A DNA stretch of 5,736 nt from Octopus sinensis (Eukaryota). The notes below the pieces were generated by a model, which did not search any database, was not told the DNA's origin, and saw nothing but the letters and a program-made list of their open reading frames with translations. Made by a program: the position numbers and the translations under genes. Positions 1 through 5,427 of the stretch are shown here, piece after piece. Where the stretch lies: positions 1 to 5,736 of the forward strand of contig NW_021829792.1 of the NCBI RefSeq assembly GCF_006345805.1, read 5' to 3'. The first letter of the stretch is position 1; every line of letters begins with the position of its first letter.

Positions 1-103
1 GAAGGAAGGAAAGAAAGAAAGAATGAATGATTTAAATGGCCTCGAGTATGAGTCAGAGTTATAGAGAGAGTAATAATGAGAGAGAGAGAGAGAGAGAGAG
101 AGA
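1..103. repeat. Purine-rich simple repeats: (GGAA/GAAA/GAAT)n at 1-30 and (GA)13 at 78-103
   Basis: Directly visible tandem units. Confidence 0.95.
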
Positions 104-265
104 AACTAAAAGAGATTCAGACACAAAGAGATCGAGAAGATCTTTGGTTTAAAGCAGTTTTTCTTAACTATTTTCTTACCTCTAGACCTTATTGATTCCC
201 ATTTTACTCGGAAAGCCCATCATAACCATGCAATATTTTAAACCATCCCATTATATTTTATAGCA

Positions 266-515
266 GTCAGGGCGTGGCTTAGTGGTTAGGGTGTAGGAAT
301 TATGATCGTAAGATTGTGGTTTCGATTCCTGGACCGGGCGACGCGTTCTTGGGCTAAACACTTCATTTCACATTGCTCCAGTCCTCTCAACTGTCAAAAG
401 TGAGTAATCCTGCAACGGACTGGCATCACATCCAGGTGGGGGAATACATACGCCATTGGAACCGGGAAACAGACCTTCAGGAACCTGCCATGGCTCTTGA
501 AGGAAACATTTATTT
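266..515 (+). mobile_element. tRNA-derived SINE, family A (decayed copy)
   Basis: Pol III A-box TGGCTTAGTGG at 275-285 and B-box GTTTCGATTCC at 319-329 (one mismatch to GGTTCGANNCC) with tRNA-like spacing. No tRNA 3' acceptor stem follows; instead there is a ~180-nt body (CTTGGGCTAAACACTTCATTTCACATTGCTCCAGTCC...CCTGCAACGGACTGGCATCACATCCAGG) ending in a T-rich stretch. Boundaries are approximate. Confidence 0.8.
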
Positions 516-616
516 CTTTCATTATATTTTATAATTAAAGAATAAAATGTTTTGAATGTTACAACAATGCACAATAATACAAACAATGGGCTATATACCT
601 GTTGTAATTTAACCAT

Positions 617-680
617 CCATAGTCTGATGATATTTCGGAATAAAATTCCTTCCTCGGATATTGATGGAGTCGCAGCTATA
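617..680 (+). ncRNA. Possible highly degenerate hammerhead-ribozyme-like motif (Penelope-like terminal remnant)
   Basis: Canonical CTGATGA at 624-630, TATT/AATA stem (631-642), and CAGCTATA at 673-680, but no intact GAAA. Upstream TACCTGTTG (596-604) and TTAACCAT (609-616) match the sequence preceding the minus-strand motif at 3988-4035 (TACCTATTG, TTAACCAT). Confidence 0.3.
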
Positions 681-774
681 ATCGGTTATTGTATTAAAAA
701 ATGTTAAAATATTTTGTGCATTAGAGAAGAGAAACCAATTTATTGTAGATAAACTTTAAGTGCAAAATTTGATA

Positions 775-816
775 TGAACCCCCTAGGGCCAAATGGACCC
801 CAGTTGAAAATCTCTG
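775..816. mobile_element. Possible solitary end of a hAT/Charlie-like DNA transposon or MITE
   Basis: The reverse complement of 803-816 is CAGAGATTTTCAAC (11/14 to the recalled Charlie-type terminus CAGTGGTTCTCAAC), followed by TGGGGTCCATTTGGCCCTAGGGGG. No partner TIR was found. Confidence 0.3.
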
Positions 817-876
817 GCTTAAAATATTCCTTCGTATTTTTCAAAAAAAGGATTTCAGATATAATTAAGAAAATAA

Positions 877-1076
877 TTCTTTTATTTGTTTCAGTCTTTT
901 GACTTCGGCCATACTGGAGCACCGCCTTTTTAGTGAAAGAAATCAACCCCTTATTCTTTGTAAGCTTGGCACTTATTCTATCGGTTTGCCGAACCACTAA
1001 GTTACGAGGACGTAAATACACCAACATCGGTTGCCAACCGATGGTGTAGGGTCAAACACACACACACATATATATA
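877..1076 (-). mobile_element. tRNA-derived SINE family B, copy 1, 3' half
   Basis: The reverse complement (…GGCAACCGATGTTGGTGTATTTACGTCCTCGTAACTTAGTGGTTC…CCGATAGAATAAGTG…GGGGTTGATTT…AAAAGGCGGTGCTCCAGTATGGC…TGAAACAAATAAAAGAAT) aligns colinearly with 2510-2692 of copy 2. Its internal TG/TA microsatellite abuts the Tc1 insertion. Confidence 0.88.
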
Positions 1077-1688
1077 CACATGCATGACAGAAGTAAATAG
1101 ACACCACATAAAACATCCTTTTTTATGTTTCAGGTTTTTTTATGTGACTGTTTAATCAAACCGTGTACATAAGAAGCCTTGGAACTGTCTGAAGTTGAAG
1201 GAGGTCGTACTGTGGGTCATTCTGAAGGTGGACATATTCAGCATAATATCATAGAAAACCATAGGATCCCGCTTTCTACAGTTAATAGAGTGATTGAGCA
1301 TTTCACCAAATAAGAGGAGTCGACATCACCTCGCCCAGATCAATCAGGGCCCTCTGACTGGAATGGCATTAAAAAGCTTCCATTGCCAAGCCAGTCATCA
1401 GATATGAACCCTATTGAATACCTCAGGGACATAATGGCAGGACACTTCATAAAAAGAACAAAAAAGCATCTTCAAAGTCAGATCTTTTGATATTACTGCA
1501 TGATATTTGGCAAGAAATTCCACAAGAGAATGTTCGACATCTGATCAGTAACATGTCTAATAGGATCCTTGCATTGAATATTAAATGTTCACATTATAAC
1601 AATTAATAAATAATTTGAATGTATAATTTAAGATTTAAATACATTTTTATGATTATGACAGTGTCTATTTACTTTTGTTATGTCAGTG
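1077..1688 (+). mobile_element. Internally deleted (non-autonomous) Tc1/mariner DNA transposon, 612 bp
   Basis: Left TIR 1077-1104 CACATGCATGACAGAAGTAAATAGACAC versus reverse complement of 1661-1688 CACTGACATAACAAAAGTAAATAGACAC: 23/28 identical, inner 14 perfect. TA lies at 1075-1076 and 1689-1690, the Tc1-type target duplication. Transposase remnants lie inside. Confidence 0.92.
1182..1606 (+). pseudogene. Tc1-like transposase remnant: N-terminal HTH joined to C-terminal end, most of the DDE domain deleted
   Basis: The frame from 1182 reads [51 protein letters not shown] (Tc1 N-terminal HTH-like; TAA at 1311-1313). It continues in frame as …GIKKLPLPSQSSDMNPIEYLRD (WPSQSPDLNPIE motif, 1383-1418). 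After a frameshift in the A-run near 1461-1465 it reads ASSKSDLLILLHDIWQEIPQENVRHLISNMSNRILAL…*, with TAA at 1604-1606 overlapping AATAAA. Confidence 0.88.
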
Positions 1689-1858
1689 TATATATACTAT
1701 GGGCTTCTTTCAGTTTCCGTCTACCAAATCCACTCACAAGGCTTCAGTCGACTCGAAGCTAATGTAAAAGGCACTTGCCAAGGTGCCACGCTGTGGGACT
1801 GAACCCGAAACCATGTGGTTGGTAAGCAAGCATTTTACAACACAGCTACGCCGGCGCC
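1689..1858 (-). mobile_element. tRNA-derived SINE family B, copy 1, 5' half (tRNA head and body)
   Basis: The reverse complement starts GGCGCCGGCGTAGCTGTGTTG (A-box-like) and has B-box GGTTCAGTCCC at 1805-1795. The 23-nt GCTTGCTTACCAACCACATGGTT (1831-1809) is identical to 2335-2357, and colinearity with copy 2 continues to GAAACTG. Confidence 0.9.
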
Positions 1859-2119
1859 TGTAAAGTAAGAAAAACTATAAATACGAACCAGTTGATTCTG
1901 TTCTTTGGCTGACTTCAATGACCCGATAGCGCACATATTGATGCACCACTTTCAAAATATTAAGTCAATTATTTTAATCACAGTATTTAGAACGTTTCCC
2001 ATCTCATTGATCTCTGAATGTCAAATGCTTGATGTTACGTAATTTGGTTAAAGCGGCGAAGTAAATGACACAGCAAAGACACACCAACGCGCACTAGTCA
2101 TTATTAATATCGACACACT

Positions 2120-2320
2120 CATGTATACGTGTACATACACGAACATAAACACACACACACGCGCACACATGCACAAAAGCTAGCATATATCTATATGTAT
2201 ATACTCGTGTCTACGTGAGTGTTTGTGTTTCTGTATTATATGTATATATGTGTGTGTATCTCTATTTCAGTTATGTGACGTGAATTAGTGTAGATATTTT
2301 GTAAATATATATAGATGTGA
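2120..2320. repeat. Degenerate compound (CA)n/(TA)n/(TG)n microsatellite
   Basis: Directly visible alternating purine-pyrimidine tracts. Confidence 0.85.
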
Positions 2321-2321
2321 A

Positions 2322-2692
2322 TGTGTGGTAAGTAGCTTGCTTACCAACCACATGGTTCCGGGTTCAGTCCCACGGCGTGGCACCTTGGGCAAGTATCTTC
2401 TACTATAGCCTCGGGTCAACTAAAGCATTTTAAGTGGATTCGCTGTACAGAAACTGCTGTATGTATGCTTGTGACTTTGCGCCTGTATTTAACCTCCCCA
2501 CGACCACCACCACTTGACAACCGGTGTTCGTGTGTTTACGTCCGCGTAACGTAGTGGTTCATCAACACACCGATAGCATAAGTGCTAGGTTTCAAGAAAA
2601 GTAGTACTGGGGTTGATTTTTTCGACCTTTTATTCTAAAAGGTGGTGCCCCAGCATGGCTGCAGTTTAACAATTGAAACATGTAAGAATATA
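2322..2692 (+). mobile_element. tRNA-derived SINE family B, copy 2 (near full length, 5' A-box eroded)
   Basis: TGTGTGGTAAG…B-box GGTTCAGTCCC (2361-2371), then CACCTTGGGCAAG (CORE-domain-like start), a central degenerate TG tract (~2456-2490) and a 3' part ending TGAAACATGTAAGAATA. It aligns with both halves of copy 1. Confidence 0.9.
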
Positions 2693-2776
2693 AGGTGTGT
2701 GTCTGTATGCGTTTGTGTGTGTGTATGTACGTGTGTATATACGTATGTATTAATGTAAGAATGTATGTATTTATAT
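2693..2776. repeat. (TG)/(TA)/(TATG) microsatellite
   Basis: Directly visible. Confidence 0.85.
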
Positions 2777-2828
2777 TTACAAGGTGGAAAAATAGTACTC
2801 GAATACCGGAGACAGAGTGATTTACTTT

Positions 2829-3004
2829 TTTTTATTATTCAAGTGGCAAGAACATTCACGAAAACTGTTACTCAGATTTTCACGTGCCTTTTGTCTTGCA
2901 ATTGTGATCAAGAATGCTTTGAGCACGACTCCCCGACGAACGGGAACGTGAAAATCAGAGTAGAAGATTTTTGTGTAATACTCTTGTTGCTTCAACAATA
3001 AAAA
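2829..3004. repeat. Long imperfect inverted repeat (fold-back): arms 2829-2895 and 2935-3004, 39-nt spacer
   Basis: Manual alignment of the left arm with the reverse complement of the right arm gives 53/70 identities (14 mismatches, 3 gaps). It includes TACTCAGATTTTCACGT (2869-2885) versus ACGTGAAAATCAGAGTA (2946-2962), 16/17. Confidence 0.9.
2928..2967 (+). ncRNA. Minimal type-I hammerhead-ribozyme-like motif with variant core (likely Penelope-like element terminal repeat)
   Basis: CCGACGA (2933-2939; CUGANGA with U4 to C), stem II ACG-GGAA-CGT (2940-2949), GAAA (2950-2953), near-palindromic stem III A-ATC-A-GAG-T, GTA triplet (2960-2962), and partial stem I ACTCC/GAAGA. Confidence 0.55.
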
Positions 3005-3079
3005 TACATATGTATATATATATATATATATATAAATATATATATATACATATATATATTTGTGTATGTGTGTGTGTGT

Positions 3080-3112
<33 letters not shown>

Positions 3113-3123
3113 ATGTATGTATG
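3005..3123. repeat. Compound (TA)n-(TG)n microsatellite
   Basis: Directly visible; source of three spurious ORFs. Confidence 0.97.
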
Positions 3124-3670
3124 AATGGCTTGCATCCTGTTTCATTCACAAAACACTAGTTATCCCAAGCTACGGTAAATGTTCAGTGTTGTAAGATTGA
3201 ACTCGTAATATGGTTTTCACGAAGTAGAATTCTTGACAACACACTCTTGCCTGTCAAGAAACGAAATATCAGATTCTAAATTACACAGATTAAACTAATT
3301 TGATATGCCGTAAACTTCTGAAGTGGTAAAACGAATTATGATAAAAAATGATTCTTATTGAAGTTAGACAAGAAACATAATGATGAAATAATGTGACATT
3401 GACATTTGAAGTAATTTGAATAATTCATACTTTTTCCAGAGCTTGTATTTCACTAAATTAGACGAAATAAATTTTTTAAAATGGCATGGTATCTCAAAGG
3501 TTCTGAATTTCTAGTATTTAGACAAATTAATCCTCGATTGAATATATATATATAAAATATAATGAATCCAAAAAAACGAAGAAAATACACAAGAAGAAGA
3601 AGGGAACAACAACGCGAGGACGTGGTACATGCAAAGTATTAACATTCGCTCAGAAAAGGAAAGAACGTTA

Positions 3671-3706
3671 GTTTTTACATTTTGAGCAAAATTCTGCTTC
3701 AGAAAC
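3671..3706 (-). ncRNA. Degenerate minimal hammerhead-like motif within a probable Penelope-like terminal remnant (~3555-3790)
   Basis: The minus strand reads GTTT-CTGAAGC-AGAATTTTGCTC-AAAA-TGTA-AAAAC. It deviates from CTGAAGA…CTC-GAAA-CGTA by A9 to C and two CpG-type transitions, and GTTT/AAA(A)C could form stem I. Confidence 0.35.
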
Positions 3707-3799
3707 AGGAGACAGAGGAAAGTCCAAGAGAAAAAGAAGACGGAGAAAAAAAAATCATCAACAATCCACATGTAGGTACATTTTGAAAAAAAAAGAAAA

Positions 3800-3956
3800 A
3801 CATATACATATATACATACACAATAGAGTACATTTATATATATATATGTATGCATGTGTATGTGTATATATATATGTGTGTGTATGTGTGTGTGTGTTTG
3901 TGTGTGTGTGTGTGAGTTTGTGTGTGTGTGTGTGTGTGGTGTGTGTGTGTGTGTAT
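3800..3956. repeat. Compound (CATA)/(TA)n/(TG)n microsatellite
   Basis: Directly visible; source of spurious ORFs 3511..3855 and 3783..3980. Confidence 0.97.
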
Positions 3957-3987
3957 TCAGAATGTGATAAACATTTATAAATAGAAG

Positions 3988-4035
3988 GACTTAGAGCTGT
4001 TTCCAGGATAATTATTATATCTCTTCGTCGGAGAC
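3988..4035 (-). ncRNA. Minimal hammerhead-like motif with variant CCGACGA core
   Basis: The minus strand reads GTCT-CCGACGA(4031-4025)-AG(A)GATA-taataat-TATCCT-G-GAAA(4003-4000)-CAGCT-CTA-AGTC. Stem III is one mismatch from the palindrome ACAGCTGT (cleavage triplet CUA instead of GUA), and stem I GTCT/AGTC forms 3 of 4 pairs. Confidence 0.5.
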
Positions 4036-4195
4036 GGTGTGAGAAAATGGTTAAGCAATAGGTAACGGCTCCACCAGATCAAATCAAATTTTACAAGTTA
4101 ATACCATTAGACCCCACGAGTGTCAACATGTTATTTTTATTTTCATTTGGATTAAGACAATATCAAGGTTCTCGAAAATCTTTCTATAGTCAACT

Positions 4196-4569
4196 ATAGT
4201 AAAGGACGACGACGTCTCATTTTGTATATAAGTGTGTATGTTAGTGTGTGTGTGTTTGCGCGTTCGTTACGTACGACATAGTAAAGAGCATTTTATACAA
4301 CTACCACCACCAGCACGACACATTTTGTATATGTGTGTATGTATGTATGTGAGTGTGTATGTGTTTGCGTGTTCTTTACGTACGGCATAGTAAAGGACAT
4401 TTTATACCACCACCACGACACATTTTGTATATGGGCGTGTCTGTGTCTGTGAGCGTGTGTATGCTTACTCCTTCGTTACAAACGATATAGTAAAGGACGA
4501 CGACGACTACACAGTATGTATATGAATGTGTATGTGTCTGTGAGTGTGTGTTTGCGTGTTCGTTACGTA
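4196..4569. repeat. Minisatellite: four units of 82, 109, 100 and ~83 bp
   Basis: The ATAGTAAAG anchor occurs at 4196, 4278, 4387 and 4487. Units carry CATTTTGTATAT (degenerate in unit 4), a TG-rich tract, and a (TTTGCGYG)TTCGTTAC-like end. Confidence 0.92.
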
Positions 4570-4650
4570 AATGTATGTCTGTGTTTCTGTCTTAGTATAT
4601 GTGTGTGTCATTGTATGTGAAAGTGTAAATGTATGAGTGAATGTGTGATT

Positions 4651-5249
4651 ATCAATTACACTGGTGTGAACTGGCTATGTGAAGAAGCTATACTAGTTCC
4701 AACTAATGAGATGGTTGATAAACTCAATCATAAACTTCAAAAGTTAATAGATTCATCAGAAATGTCTTTTCCATCAATTCACACAAAAGTCGATCAAGAT
4801 CAGGCTGTTCAATACCCTGCTGAATTTCTGAACACACATAAACCCCCTGGGATGCTACCGCATAACTTGATACTAAAGCTTCACGCTCCCATTATGTTGA
4901 TTACGAATCTTAACCCATCTCACCTGTGTAATGGAACTCGCTTAATTGTTACTTCCATAAAGCTCCATATCCTACAGGCAACAATCATAACAGGTTGTCA
5001 TACTTATAGATGTTCTATTTCAATTTAAGAGGCTTCAGTTTTTCGGTCAAACTAAGTTTGGTAGTTCAGTTATCAAATCTTAGGGTCAGTTCCTCAATGT
5101 AGTTGGATTTCATCTCTCTACTACATGCTTCTCCAACGGTAAACTTTATGTTCATTGCTCACGAGTTGGAAGCAGCAACAATTTATTCCTTTGGACACCA
5201 ACAAAAGTTCACAATGAATATTGTTTACCCTGAAGTGCTCCAAGATTGA
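4651..5249 (+). pseudogene. Helitron RepHel C-terminal PIF1-like (SF1B) helicase fragment, frameshifted
   Basis: ORF 4633..5028 encodes WLCEEAILVPTNEMVDKLN…YPAEFLNTHKPPGMLPHNLILKLHAPIMLITNLNPSHLCNGTRLIV…ILQATIITGCH. After a deletion and frameshift at ~5000 it reads DVLFQFKRLQF…IKS*GQFLNVVGFHLSTTCFSNGKLYVHCSRV (TAG at 5081-5083 in the KSQGQ motif). After another shift it ends NIVYPEVLQD* (TGA 5247-5249). All are hallmark Helitron helicase motifs. Confidence 0.95.
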
Positions 5250-5384
5250 CAGCTTTTCAGTTCTAAATTCTATTATCATTATTCCATATTTTGGAATAAT
5301 TATGAGAAAAAAATATCTTCATATTTATTCTTTACTAATCTGAATAGGAACAACAGTAACCCGGGCAACACCGGATAATTGAGC
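4651..5384 (+). mobile_element. Helitron 3'-terminal fragment including terminal hairpin
   Basis: The helicase C-terminus is followed by an AT-rich 3' UTR (~110 bp) and then CCGG-GCAACA-CCGG (5361-5374), an isolated GC-rich hairpin at the position expected for a Helitron terminator. The expected CTRR end is not intact because (CA)n starts at 5384. Confidence 0.8.
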
Positions 5385-5427
5385 ACACACACACACGCAC
5401 AAACACACACACACATGCACGTACACA
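5384..5427. repeat. Imperfect (CA)n microsatellite
   Basis: Directly visible. Confidence 0.9.

Noticed and set aside
270-340. Possible tRNA genes (also at 2322-2375 and 1858-1790)
   Set aside because: A/B boxes are present, but there is no complete cloverleaf or acceptor stem, and each continues into a SINE body.
368-616. 82-aa minus-strand ORF
   Set aside because: It runs antisense through SINE A and AT-rich flank, with no recognisable protein motif.
740-1027. 95-aa minus-strand ORF
   Set aside because: It reads through the 3' half of SINE B into flanking DNA; the homologous copy is non-coding.
863-1873. Possible target-site duplication of SINE B copy 1 (AATTAAGAAAA 863-873 versus AAGTAAGAAAA 1863-1873)
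   Set aside because: The match is low-complexity and A-rich, lies 3-4 nt from the inferred ends and has mismatched edges; it cannot be distinguished from chance.
2765-3159. Four overlapping ORFs (2765..3001, 2822..3145, 2955..3149, 2971..3159)
   Set aside because: They are open because of stop-free TA/TG repeats (YI, CV, HT runs) or overlap the non-coding fold-back element.
3230-3260. Perfect 9-bp inverted repeat TTCTTGACA/TGTCAAGAA with a 13-nt loop
   Set aside because: One such short stem is roughly expected by chance in 5.7 kb of AT-rich DNA, and there is no supporting context.
3511-3980. ORFs 3511..3855 and 3783..3980
   Set aside because: Low-complexity translations of microsatellite and purine-skewed repeat sequence.
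4196-4569. CRISPR-like appearance of recurrent ATAGTAAAG anchors
   Set aside because: The inter-anchor sequences are homologous to each other rather than unique spacers, the context is eukaryotic and there are no cas genes.
4633-5028. Host PIF1 helicase gene
   Set aside because: The motifs are Helitron-type, the downstream continuation has frameshifts and an in-frame stop, and the ATG at 4633 comes from the adjacent TG-rich repeat; it is treated as a transposon pseudogene.
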